A stretch of 64,000 bases of DNA from Buchnera aphidicola (Schlechtendalia peitan). GTDB taxonomy: Bacteria; Pseudomonadota; Gammaproteobacteria; Enterobacterales; Enterobacteriaceae. The notes under the pieces are model-generated. The model saw only the letters and a list, made by a program, of their open reading frames with translations. It was not told the DNA's origin and did not search any database. Numbering within the stretch: position 1 is the first letter of the stretch; every line of letters begins with the position of its first letter. The stretch covers positions 538,355-602,354 of the forward strand of contig CP140043.1 in assembly GCA_039830055.1 (NCBI GenBank), given 5' to 3'. A program made the translations under genes and the position numbers. Below, one piece after another: positions 35,832-47,385 of the stretch.

Positions 35832-37259
35832 TTACATATTTAATACGCTATTATGCAAGTCATGTGAATATTTTAATAAATCTTTTAATAACAAAACATT
35901 TTTAACGTTATTACTGTGCAATTCTAATAATTTCAATATTTTTTGAACATATATAAACACATTTTTTTTGTTTACTATTTGTCTACAATGCTGCTTCCAC
36001 ACATCTTTTTCACTATTATTTAATAAGTCAGGATAATTTCTAGATATACAACGCATCATTAACGACTGAATTCGACTATTGGAAATCGGTAATATCCTAT
36101 CAAAAAAATGTTGTTCTAGTAATGTATTTATAACCGTTATTAATTTTTTATCAGAATTATTAAAAAAATCATTATATAATTGTAAATCAACATCTTTATG
36201 TTGCAATTTTTTACTATTTTTAATAAAAGTTTTTAATTTTTTTTTAAATACAATACTATTGCGTATTAATAATAAATTCTCATTACATAATCTAAGATCT
36301 ATTCCAATACTTTGAATGTATTTAACCTTAATAGCATTAACAGGTGTTAATATTGGACAACGATTGATATATATTAATACAATACCTTGTTTGAAAAACT
36401 GAGAATAATCTACTGTATTAACATCTTCATCTAAAAAACAATTTAAAAAATTTTTAGCGCTCTTTGTTAAGTCAAAACTAATTAATATATTAGAATTACC
36501 CGGATGCCATGAAATAGGAGCAATAATACTAATATTTTTTCTTAATAATCCAAATAATTGAGATATATATATCATCGGTTTAATATTTACGATATCAATT
36601 ATTTTTAGAAGTTCTTTTTTGCTACGATACTTAAAACAATAATTAAATAATTTTGGTTGTTTCTTCCTCAATAATTGTGCTACTTGTAAAGTAGCATACA
36701 CATCACTAACTGCACTATGCGCTTGCAAATGATTAATATTATTACATTTAGATATATTAGATAATTTAAAACTAGGATAATTGTTATCTCCACTAATAGA
36801 CCAACATATTCCTTCAGGACGTAATGAATAATACGCCCTTAATATATTTAAAATATCCCATCTAGAATTACCGTTCTTCCAACTCCATTCATAAGGATCA
36901 ATAAAATTACGATAAAAAATATTTCTAGTAACTTCGTCATCAAAATGAATATTATTGTAACCTACAATACAAGTATTAGGTTTTTTAAATTGTTTGTAAA
37001 TCTTTTGTGCAAATTCAAATTCGTTTAAACCATGTTTCTTAGCATAATTAGGAGAAATTCCAGTAATTAAAATAGCTTCTGGATCAGGGAAATAATCTAT
37101 AGGAGGGATACAAAAAATTTCATTAGGGATATCAATAATATTCAAATTTGCATCAGTACGAATGCATGCAAATTGAGCTGGTTTGTCTAAAGCAGGGTGA
37201 ATACCAAACGTTTCATAATCATAAAATAAAAAAGTAAAACTATGTAATTTTAATGCCAT
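35832..37259 (-). CDS. sbcB: Exodeoxyribonuclease I
   Basis: 475 aa with FLFYDYETFG, GYNNIHFDDEVTR and AHSAVSDVYAT DEDDh exonuclease motifs, colinear with E. coli SbcB. Confidence 0.94.
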   Translation of the reverse strand: MALKLHSFTFLFYDYETFGIHPALDKPAQFACIRTDANLNIIDIPNEIFCIPPIDYFPDPEAILITGISPNYAKKHGLNEFEFAQKIYKQFKKPNTCIVGYNNIHFDDEVTRNIFYRNFIDPYEWSWKNGNSRWDILNILRAYYSLRPEGICWSISGDNNYPSFKLSNISKCNNINHLQAHSAVSDVYATLQVAQLLRKKQPKLFNYCFKYRSKKELLKIIDIVNIKPMIYISQLFGLLRKNISIIAPISWHPGNSNILISFDLTKSAKNFLNCFLDEDVNTVDYSQFFKQGIVLIYINRCPILTPVNAIKVKYIQSIGIDLRLCNENLLLIRNSIVFKKKLKTFIKNSKKLQHKDVDLQLYNDFFNNSDKKLITVINTLLEQHFFDRILPISNSRIQSLMMRCISRNYPDLLNNSEKDVWKQHCRQIVNKKNVFIYVQKILKLLELHSNNVKNVLLLKDLLKYSHDLHNSVLNM

Positions 37260-37336
37260 ATCATTTGTATATGTTGTAATTCAATGATAAAATATCTATA
37301 ATAAAAGTTATTTATTATAATAAATAATATAAATTA

Positions 37337-37409
37337 CTCCTCTGACTGGATTCGAACCAGTGACATACGGATTAACAGTCCGCCGTTCTACCAACTGAAC
37401 TACAGAGGA
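37337..37409 (-). tRNA. tRNA-Asn (anticodon GUU)
   Basis: The reverse complement TCCTCTGTAGTTCAGTTGGTAGAACGGCGGACTGTTAATCCGTATGTCACTGGTTCGAATCCAGTCAGAGGAG is nearly identical to E. coli tRNA-Asn. No CCA is encoded. Confidence 0.95.
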
Positions 37410-37566
37410 AAAAAATATTTTATCAAAAATTAAATACAATGTCAATAAGTTAATATTTTTAAAAATATATATTTTATTTTTCAATATTGTGTATACTATT
37501 AAAATATTCCAATATTTTTTGTACAAACAATTATATAATATAATTATTACTCTTTAACATTTTATC

Positions 37567-37639
37567 GGCCCCTTAGCTCAGTGGTAAGAGCAAGCGACTC
37601 ATAATCGCTTGGTCGTTGGTTCAAATCCAACAGGGGCCA
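37567..37639 (+). tRNA. ileX: tRNA-Ile2 (anticodon CAU, lysidine-dependent), ileX-like
   Basis: GGCCCCTTAGCTCAGTGGTAAGAGCAAGCGACTCATAATCGCTTGGTCGTTGGTTCAAATCCAACAGGGGCCA matches E. coli ileX along the whole body and does not match elongator or initiator tRNA-Met. No CCA is encoded. Confidence 0.85.
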
Positions 37640-37697
37640 CACCTTTTTATTAATTGTTCACAATATTTTGATAAAAAAATAAAATTCTGGAACATAA

Positions 37698-38330
37698 ATG
37701 GATAATTTTAAAAAAAAATTTATTCAGTTTTGCTTAAAAAGAAAAATATTGCAATTTGGAAATTTTACACTTAAATCAGGAAAAAAAAGTACATTTTTTT
37801 TTAATTTTAGCTTATTTAATACTGGCAATGATCTTGAAAAACTTGGTTTTTTTTATGCTAAAGCAATTGTAGAAAATAATATAAATTGTAATATTTTATT
37901 TGGAATAGCGTATAAAGGAATTCCTATAGTAATATCTACTACTATAGCATTAAAAAAGTACTTTAATATTAATATAAAATACTGCTTTAATAGAAAAGAA
38001 GAAAAAGACCACGGGGAGAGAGGAATATTTGTCGGAAACAATTTAACAAAAAATATACTAGTTTTAGATGATGTACTCACTTCTGGGTTATCTATACATA
38101 ATGCAATTAATCTAATTGAATCTTATTCTCGTTCTAAAAACTTAATATCAAACATATTAGTCGCTTTGAATAGAACAGTTAAAAACAATAAAAACCTAAT
38201 ACAAATAGAAATCAAACATAATCTAAAAATATTTTCTATTATAAATGTCCAAGATATAATTGATTACATGAAACACAAAAAAATTTTATTTAATTATTTA
38301 GAAGCAATAGAAAAAAACATTAATTCATGA
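37698..38330 (+). CDS. pyrE: Orotate phosphoribosyltransferase
   Basis: 210 aa with LQFGNFTLKSGKKSTFFFN and the PRPP-binding loop VLDDVLTSG. Confidence 0.94.
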   Translation: MDNFKKKFIQFCLKRKILQFGNFTLKSGKKSTFFFNFSLFNTGNDLEKLGFFYAKAIVENNINCNILFGIAYKGIPIVISTTIALKKYFNINIKYCFNRKEEKDHGERGIFVGNNLTKNILVLDDVLTSGLSIHNAINLIESYSRSKNLISNILVALNRTVKNNKNLIQIEIKHNLKIFSIINVQDIIDYMKHKKILFNYLEAIEKNINS

Positions 38331-38390
38331 TGAATCTAAAAAAATAAAATAGTTCCACTCAATACTTTATTCTAAAAACATTCTTATAAA

Positions 38391-38855
38391 TTATTTGAAT
38401 CCAGAATGGCCAAACCCTTTATCTCGTCTACAATTATTATTAGTTTCAAAATTTTCTACAAAATTAAAAATAGGTCTAATAATAGGAATAAAAACTATTT
38501 GAGCTATTCTCATTCCTATAGTTATAATAAATGGATTTTGACTCCTATTCCACACAGATATCATAATTTGACCTTGATAATCAGAATCAATCAATCCTAC
38601 TGAATTTCCTAATACAATACCATATTTATGTCCTAAACCAGATCTAGGTAAAATTAAAGCTGAAATATATGGATTCCCTATATGTATAGCTATCCCAGTA
38701 GGTAATAAAATAGTAGTATTTGGAAGTATTTCTTGATTACAAAAAATACAAGCTCTCAAATCTAAACCTGAAGAACCTTCAGTAGAATACATAGGATAAG
38801 AAAATTCAGTACCTATACGAGAATCTAAAATTTTAATATCAATATTATTTTCCAT
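38391..38855 (-). CDS. dut: dUTP diphosphatase
   Basis: 154 aa with [33 protein letters not shown] and GFGHSG motifs, colinear with E. coli Dut. Confidence 0.96.
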   Translation of the reverse strand: MENNIDIKILDSRIGTEFSYPMYSTEGSSGLDLRACIFCNQEILPNTTILLPTGIAIHIGNPYISALILPRSGLGHKYGIVLGNSVGLIDSDYQGQIMISVWNRSQNPFIITIGMRIAQIVFIPIIRPIFNFVENFETNNNCRRDKGFGHSGFK

Positions 38856-39099
38856 TTTTCACAACTTATAATATATTTTTAAATATTTAAAAATTTATAA
38901 ATTTTTAACATTCATAAAAAAAACTATATTTTATTTTTTTGGATTTTTTAAAAATAATACATTCTAATTTTTTATAAAAAAACATTTTAATATATAAAAA
39001 TATCAATTAAAACTTATAATTATCAAAAATTATAAAACATAATGAGATATTATGTTAATATTTTTACTAAAATAAATATAATGTTTTCTATAAAAACAA

Positions 39100-39561
39100 T
39101 TATTCATCTTTTGATACTATTTTAATGTTAACTACTACTGAAACATTACTATGTGGTTTAAAAGTTATATTATATTCTCCAATATTCCTAATAATTCCAC
39201 CAGAAATACGAATTTCCCCTTTTCTAACTTCGACATTACATAATTTAGATAATACTTCAGAAATTTCTCTAGTTCCTACAGAACCAAATAACTTTCCCTC
39301 TTTTCTAGATTTAGAAAATATAATAACTGGTTGACAAACCTCTTGAATTTTTTTTGCTCGAAACTGAGCTAAAGATAATTTATCTAATAATTTTTGTTCA
39401 AATTCCATTTTCTTTTTTAATACCAACGCAATATTAAGTTTAGTGGCTATAAGCGCATTTCCATGAGGTATTAAAAAATTTCTAGCATATCCAGATTTAA
39501 CTCGTACTATATCACCCAAATTTCCTAAACTTTCGACTTTATTAAGAAGAATAATCTGCAT
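39100..39561 (-). CDS. rplI: 50S ribosomal protein L9
   Basis: 153 aa starting MQIILLNKVESLGNLGDIVRVKSGYARNFLIP. It is the last gene in rpsF-rpsR-rplI order. Confidence 0.96.
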   Translation of the reverse strand: MQIILLNKVESLGNLGDIVRVKSGYARNFLIPHGNALIATKLNIALVLKKKMEFEQKLLDKLSLAQFRAKKIQEVCQPVIIFSKSRKEGKLFGSVGTREISEVLSKLCNVEVRKGEIRISGGIIRNIGEYNITFKPHSNVSVVVNIKIVSKDE

Positions 39562-39590
39562 TGGAAAAAATCATCCTATTTTTATTAAAA

Positions 39591-39818
39591 TTATTGATGT
39601 TGGTCTGTATATGGTAATAAAGAAAGATAACGAGCACGTTTAATAGCACGAGATAACTGACGTTGATATTTAGCCCTAGTTCCCGTAATTCTACTTGGCA
39701 CAATTTTCCCATTTTCTGTAATATAATTTTTCAATATAGAAATATCTTTATAATCTATTTCTTGAATTCCATCAGCAGTAAAACGACAGAATTTACGACG
39801 TCTAAAGTAACGTACCAT
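39591..39818 (-). CDS. rpsR: 30S ribosomal protein S18
   Basis: 75 aa with [10 protein letters not shown] and [12 protein letters not shown] motifs. Confidence 0.97.
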   Translation of the reverse strand: MVRYFRRRKFCRFTADGIQEIDYKDISILKNYITENGKIVPSRITGTRAKYQRQLSRAIKRARYLSLLPYTDQHQ

Positions 39819-39905
39819 AATAATAAGTCTCCTGTTATTATTTATACAGAAACTAAAAATATTTACATATTTTTAAAAACTCTTGTCAATTTAAAAATAG
39901 TACAT

Positions 39906-40268
39906 TTATTTTACCGTTTGGTGCACTCCATCATATAATTTCTTGTCTTCTCTAGACCGGATCATTGGAGACGCTTCTGTTATTGGTTTTTTAACACATA
40001 TAATGATGTTTCTTATTACACAATCATTAAATCTAAATTTGTCTGATAACTTTCTAATTATGTTTGGAAAAACCTCAATATTCATTAATATATAATGAGC
40101 CTTATGTAACCTATTAATAGAATATGCTAACTGACGTCTTCCCCAATCTTCTAATCTATGAATTTTTCCTTGATCACTAAAAATTAACTTTTTATATTCT
40201 TCAATCATATTTGGAAGCTGTTCACTATGATCAGGATGAACTAAAAATATTATTTCGTAATTCCTCAC
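39906..40268 (-). CDS. rpsF: 30S ribosomal protein S6
   Basis: 120 aa starting [17 protein letters not shown], with [10 protein letters not shown]. Confidence 0.96.
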   Translation of the reverse strand: MRNYEIIFLVHPDHSEQLPNMIEEYKKLIFSDQGKIHRLEDWGRRQLAYSINRLHKAHYILMNIEVFPNIIRKLSDKFRFNDCVIRNIIICVKKPITEASPMIRSREDKKLYDGVHQTVK

Positions 40269-40502
40269 TACAAAATCTCCTTATAATCATTACATAATTC
40301 CTATAAATAAGCTTTATTGATAAAAAACTATAGATGATAACAATCAAATGCAAATTTATAATATACAGGAATAATAAAAATATTCAACAAAAATACACAA
40401 CTAAAAAACATGAATATAATTAATACTAATGTTGCAAATACAAAATGATCTTATATAGTATTTTAAACTAGAATTAAAATTTATTAATTCCAACTAAAAC
40501 TG

Positions 40503-41804
<1,302 letters not shown>

Positions 41805-41885
41805 TTACCTATTGTTTTTTGTAAATCCATCTATTCTACAACTATATCAACGTAAAACAATGTATATTATTAAAATATACCTACA

Positions 41886-42866
41886 TTATTTAAATTTTTT
41901 CATATATTTAAAAAAATAGCTATTATCTGGATTAATTATCAAAATATCTTCCCCACTATTAAAGCTATTTTCATAAGCACGTAAACTGCGAATAAAACTA
42001 TAAAAATCAGGTTCTTGATTAAAAGAACTTGAAAACAATTTAGCAGCTTCTGCTTCTCCTTCACCTCTTATAATTAATGCTCTACGACGTGCTTCTGATA
42101 ATACTTTAGTAACTTCGTAATCTGCAGACGCTTTCAATTTTTCTGCTTCTTCTTGACCTTTTGATCGTTGACTTCGAGCTACAGCTTCACGTTCTGCTCT
42201 CATTCTATTATATATTGCATCCGATACTTCAATAGGCAAATTAATTTGTTTAATTCGCACGTCAATCACTTTGATTCCTAATTCAGTCATACTATTAGTA
42301 TTAATTAATATCTTGCTATATTTATTATTTTTAGCATCTAATAACATATATTCATTTTTTTTAACAGTATTGTCAAATGCATAATCTATACTTCCAGTAT
42401 TTAGAGAATCTCGAACATCAGTTGTTAACCTTCCTCTAGAATCAGTCACAATTTCTTTTACATTCAACCTTCCCATTTCTGAACGTAATCGATCACTAAA
42501 TTTCCGTTTTAATAATATTTCTGCCTGAGAAATGTCACCACCTCCTGTTGCTAAATAATATCGACTAAAATCACTAATATTCCATTTTATGTAAGAATCA
42601 ACAATTAAATCTTTCTTTTCCTTTGTAACAAAACGATCGGCTTGATTATCCATAGTTTGAATTCTAGAATCTAACATCTTTACCGTATCTATCAAAGGAA
42701 ACTTCATATATAGACCAGGATCATACACTAAAGGTTGATTTTGATTATTTCTCAAAACTTTTCCAAAACGTAATACAATACCTTTTTGTCCTTCCTGAAC
42801 AATAAATAAACACAAAAATAAAACAATAAACATTGCACTGCACAGTATTGTAAAAACTTTATTCAT
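41886..42866 (-). CDS. hflC: FtsH protease modulator HflC
   Basis: 326 aa with an N-terminal TM helix and an SPFH/band-7 domain, colinear with E. coli HflC. It lies 3 nt after hflK. Confidence 0.93.
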   Translation of the reverse strand: MNKVFTILCSAMFIVLFLCLFIVQEGQKGIVLRFGKVLRNNQNQPLVYDPGLYMKFPLIDTVKMLDSRIQTMDNQADRFVTKEKKDLIVDSYIKWNISDFSRYYLATGGGDISQAEILLKRKFSDRLRSEMGRLNVKEIVTDSRGRLTTDVRDSLNTGSIDYAFDNTVKKNEYMLLDAKNNKYSKILINTNSMTELGIKVIDVRIKQINLPIEVSDAIYNRMRAEREAVARSQRSKGQEEAEKLKASADYEVTKVLSEARRRALIIRGEGEAEAAKLFSSSFNQEPDFYSFIRSLRAYENSFNSGEDILIINPDNSYFFKYMKKFK

Positions 42867-42869
42867 TTT

Positions 42870-44087
42870 TTATTCTCGCCCTTGTCTAGGAAAATCAACT
42901 CTAAAAGAACGTGATTGGTTTTGATGTGTTACGTTTTTATCAAATAGATTTGGAATCGTATTACTATTATTTTTATTGTTATTAGTAGAACTATTACCTA
43001 AAAATATCTTTTCTTTAACAACAGAATTATTAGACTGTTTTAAAGCAACATCTTTTTTCATAAATAAATCATTTAAATTTAACAATAATGAATTATTGTT
43101 CACTAATACTTTTTTAATGTTACTAAATATTTTTTCCATAGACTCAATATATAATCTAGTTATAGTAATCCTTTTTGAAACCCTATACACAGGTAATATT
43201 TTTAAAAATCTAACTACTTCTCCTCTTGCCTCCGATATTATCTGGGATTTATAAGCTCTTGCTTCATCTAAAATGCGTTGTGCTTGGCCATTAGCTTTTG
43301 GCAATACTTCATTGGAATAAGCTTCTGCTTCTCTAATATATTGCTCTCTATTTTCTCTAGCAGCAATTGCATCGTCAAAAGCAGATTTTACTTCTTCAGG
43401 AGGACGAGCAGTTTGAAAATTTACATCTAATATTGTTATACCCATATTATAAGGTCGTATCGTTTTTTCAATTTCTTTCTGTGTATCACTTCTAACTATA
43501 GTCCTACCTTCAGTTAAAACCCTATCCATAGTAGAATGTCCTATAACACCACGCAATGCACTATCAGTAGCTTCCCTTAAACTATCATCGGGATTAGTTA
43601 CTGAAAATAAATATTGAAATGGATTAGAAATTCGATACTGCACATTCATTTCTACTCGAACAACATTTTCATCAGATGTTAACATAATTCCAGATGTTGC
43701 TAATTCTTTAACTGATTTAATGTTAATAGGAATTACTTGATCAATTAAAATTGGTCTCCAATTTAATCCAGGTTCTACTAAATGACTGAACTTTCCAAAA
43801 TGTGTAATTACACCGCGTTCAGCTTCTTTAATAGTATAAAATCCATTAATTATTAAAATAAATATAGTAGTTAACAAAATTAATACTATAGGATTTTGAG
43901 TATATTTAAACGATCTTGAACTTTTATAAAATACTTGTGTTTTTATTTTAAATAAACTAAAAATCTTTTTTAGTTCAGTTAAAGAAAATAATCCATTTTT
44001 TTTATTTTTACAATTTTCTGAATTTCGATTTTTATTACTCCAAGGATCTAGTTCAGGTTCATTATTGCTGGGCTGATTCCAGACCAT
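42870..44087 (-). CDS. hflK: FtsH protease modulator HflK
   Basis: MVWNQPSNN aligns with E. coli MAWNQPGNN, so the ATG at 44087 is preferred over 44099. The SPFH domain is strongly conserved (FYTIKEAERGV, LTSDENVVRVEMNVQYR). Confidence 0.94.
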   Translation of the reverse strand: MVWNQPSNNEPELDPWSNKNRNSENCKNKKNGLFSLTELKKIFSLFKIKTQVFYKSSRSFKYTQNPIVLILLTTIFILIINGFYTIKEAERGVITHFGKFSHLVEPGLNWRPILIDQVIPINIKSVKELATSGIMLTSDENVVRVEMNVQYRISNPFQYLFSVTNPDDSLREATDSALRGVIGHSTMDRVLTEGRTIVRSDTQKEIEKTIRPYNMGITILDVNFQTARPPEEVKSAFDDAIAARENREQYIREAEAYSNEVLPKANGQAQRILDEARAYKSQIISEARGEVVRFLKILPVYRVSKRITITRLYIESMEKIFSNIKKVLVNNNSLLLNLNDLFMKKDVALKQSNNSVVKEKIFLGNSSTNNNKNNSNTIPNLFDKNVTHQNQSRSFRVDFPRQGRE

Positions 44088-44479
44088 GTTTATCTCCATA
44101 TATCATTTTTATTTTTTAAACTATAAAAAACATTTAAATTGTTTTTTTAAAATGTTAAATAGTCCTTCGTATACATATCAAAAACTAACATTAAGATACA
44201 AACATGAACTACATAACCGTGCCAATAGTTTAACTACATAATCAGAATTTATAAAAAACTATATTAAAAAATTTAACATTTAACAAAAATATTTTAAATA
44301 CACATAATAATTTTTTTTAATTTTATTAACACATTATTTCCAAATACACATAACGTTACCTCACAATACAATATTATTTTAATAACAATTTTTACATAAT
44401 TCTTAGCATTAACTAGTTACTATTCAAAGAATAATATATATATATTAATATGATAGATAAAAATATAATAATTCTAATA

Positions 44480-45427
44480 CTATAAAATTCTAAGAAATTG
44501 AACAATGTCATTGCTTAAACTATCTAGATTATCATAATTTTTTAATTTATTTACATGATTCCAAGTTTTTAACCAAGTTAATTGATTTTTAGCTAACTTT
44601 TTAGTAGCACTAATTGATTTAAAAACCATTTCTTCATAACTTATTTGTTTTGTCAAATAATTCCACATTTGTCTATATCCTACACAACGCATAGCAGGTA
44701 AATTTATATTTAAATCTTTTCGATTTAATAAACATTCCACTTCATTTTGAAAACCTAGAGATAACATTTTTTTAAAACGAGTATTAATATTATTAATTAA
44801 CCAATTTCGACTTTTTGGCATAATAGCAAATTGAACTATTTTATATGGACATTTATACTGTTTTAATTTTGTTAATTCAGTTAACGTTTTTCCAGATATA
44901 TAAAATATTTCTAAAGCTCTTAAAACTCTTTGAAAATCATTAGGGTGAATCCTTTTTGAAGATTCAATATCAATCCTTCTTAATTGATTATATAAAAAAT
45001 CTTTATTATTCTTTTTAGTTATTGAACATAAATACGAACGAATCTCATAATTTGAAGGAGGTAACTTAGGTAAACCTTCTAATAATATTTTAAAATAAAA
45101 CATCGTACCTCCAACTAATAAGGGTATTTTCCCTAAAGAAATAATATGTTTTATTGTTTGTAAAACATCTTTATGAAATTCTCCGACTGAATATTGTTCT
45201 TTAGGATCTTTAATATCAATTAAATAATATGGATCATGCAATAATTCTAATTTAGTAGGCTTAGCTGTACCAATATTCATATCTCGATAAATTAATGCTG
45301 AATCAACACTAATTAATTCAACAGGTATTAACTTCCTTAACTTTATCGCAAGTTTGCTTTTCCCACATGCAGTAGGACCCATTAAAAATATTACTAATGA
45401 ATCTTGTACACTAATATTATTAATCAT
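44480..45427 (-). CDS. miaA: tRNA dimethylallyltransferase
   Basis: 315 aa with the P-loop LMGPTACGKS and DSALIYRDMNIGTAKP. Its start overlaps the mutL stop as TAATG. Confidence 0.95.
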   Translation of the reverse strand: MINNISVQDSLVIFLMGPTACGKSKLAIKLRKLIPVELISVDSALIYRDMNIGTAKPTKLELLHDPYYLIDIKDPKEQYSVGEFHKDVLQTIKHIISLGKIPLLVGGTMFYFKILLEGLPKLPPSNYEIRSYLCSITKKNNKDFLYNQLRRIDIESSKRIHPNDFQRVLRALEIFYISGKTLTELTKLKQYKCPYKIVQFAIMPKSRNWLINNINTRFKKMLSLGFQNEVECLLNRKDLNINLPAMRCVGYRQMWNYLTKQISYEEMVFKSISATKKLAKNQLTWLKTWNHVNKLKNYDNLDSLSNDIVQFLRIL

Positions 45428-47198
45428 TACTTACCTAACAAACTTAATGCTAAACTAATATTAACAACTTGTAAAAGCTCTGGAACGGGATCACTAATTA
45501 GTTCGAAGCAATATTGTTTAAATTCTGAAAATAATGCTATGATTTGTAAATCATTCCAATGTAAAATATTAATTTTAAAATTATTAAAAATGTTTTTAAT
45601 TAACTCAGATAATTTTATTTCTTTTTTTTTAGTTAAACAACATAATATAATTACGATTATATCGTTTAAACTTTCATTAATAAATATTGAAGGAATAGAA
45701 CGTATTTGTATAGAATTTAAAAATAAAAAATAATTTAAACCAATATGTGACAATAATTTTTTATATACGTATAAAACTTTCAATTGATGTTGATTAACAA
45801 TAACACAATATGGAACATCAAAATACTCTAATTGAATTCCTCGACCTCGAATACCTAACTTTAATTTAGACTTATAAACTAATCGCTTTGCCATAGATAA
45901 AGAAAGCAAAAATAACTGTTCATTTTTTTCAATTAACAAATAATTTTTATTTACTAGTGTTAATAAATTTCCAAATATAGTAGGACATTTTTTAAAAAAA
46001 GAACTTTTGTAAGAAGAAAGATTTTTACAATTTTTTTGAACAGAATGCATTATATTAGATTGTTCATCTAAAATATTTATAGATTTCTGTAAACATGTGT
46101 TGTTTAAACATTTTTTTTTAGAAAACGTATTGGTACCAGAACTAATTTTATTTTTTATAACCCATTCTGATGTCTCAATTAAATTACAAAAATTGTATAC
46201 TCGTTTCTTCATAAAAAACAAAATAGACTGATACAAAAAACCGTGAACTATACGAACGTTTAAAATATTCACTTGTTTTTTTTCAGGATGTACATTAATA
46301 TCTAACTCATTTGGACAAATAAAAAAATGTAAAATATAAGAAATTTTATTAACATCTATATGTATTTCTTGTATTGCTTGAACAATAGAATGACGCACAA
46401 CATTATTATTAATAATTCTCTTATTAATGTAAAAATATTGAACTTTCTTTGATAAAAACTTACTAGTAGTATGAATATATATCCATCCATAAATACTCAT
46501 GTTGTTATATTCATTCTTAATAAATATTGCATTTTGTGTAAATGGATATCCACAAATAGCATCAACTCTATTTTGTTCTTTAAATCCACTTTCAGACATA
46601 TGATAATATCGAATTAATTTTTCATTATGCTTTAGACACACACTAGTTTCACTACTAGAAAGAGACAAACGACGAACTATTTCATCAATTTTCATAAACT
46701 CAGAATATTCAGATTTTATATATTTTCGACGAGCAGGCTTATTAAAAAATAAATCTAAAATTGTTAATGTAGTTCCTGGAAGATGAGCTATTGGTGTTAT
46801 TTTTTTTTTAGATTGTTTCCAGAAGTACAAATACTCCATCCATCAGTTTTCAAATAATAACAAGAAGACAATGTTAAATGAGAAATTGAACTAATACTAG
46901 CTAATGCTTCACCACGAAATCCTAAAGTAGTAATAACTTCTAAATCTTGAATCGAATGAATTTTACTAGTTGAATGGCGTTCTAATGATATTATTAAATC
47001 TTCTTTACACATTCCACAACCATTGTCTCTAATATTAATTAAATTTAATCCGCCATTCATAATATCAATATCAATACGCGTAGCACCGGAATCTATGCTA
47101 TTTTCCATTAATTCTTTTACAACAGATGCTGGATTATGAATAACTTCTCCTGCAGCAATACAATCCGATACTGTCTTTGGTAATATTCGAATAAACAT
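45427..47198 (-). pseudogene. mutL: DNA mismatch repair protein MutL, split by a frameshift in an A10 tract
   Basis: ORF 46797-47198 encodes the GHKL ATPase N-terminus (IAAGEVIHNPASVVKELMENSIDSGAT, DNGCGM, LGFRGEALASI). ORF 45427-46839 continues with HLPGTTLTILDLFFNKPARRKY in another frame. The frames meet at T10 (plus strand, 46800-46809). Adding one A restores SGNNLKKKITPIAHLPGTT with E. coli-like spacing. Confidence 0.85.
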
Positions 47199-47385
47199 AA
47201 AATAAGTTCTCTAAACAATTAAACATCATCTTTTATAATATAATTAATATATTGCAATTTAAACTTACATTAAAAAATAATTATTAATTTAAACATATTT
47301 ATTATATATCTGTTTGTTACATTATAAGATGATTTTAAACAAAAATTTAATAATTCAAATATAAAGTCTCAATATTGATAAAATT

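Noticed and set aside
37308-37526. 72-aa ORF overlapping tRNA-Asn.
   Set aside because: Its only non-low-complexity segment (SVVQLVERRTVNPYVTGSNPVRG) is simply the translation of the tRNA-Asn gene. It is not a protein gene.
39036-39056. 8-bp hairpin AACATAAT-GAGAT-ATTATGTT, 44 nt downstream of rplI and followed by a T-rich run on the minus strand. Similar 8-9-bp A/T hairpins occur at 25268-25287 (after ruvX) and 56530-54 (in the ftsN-hslV spacer).
   Set aside because: The stems have one or no G-C pair. Dozens of such 8-9-bp inverted repeats are expected by chance at this composition. They are plausible weak terminators but cannot be supported individually.
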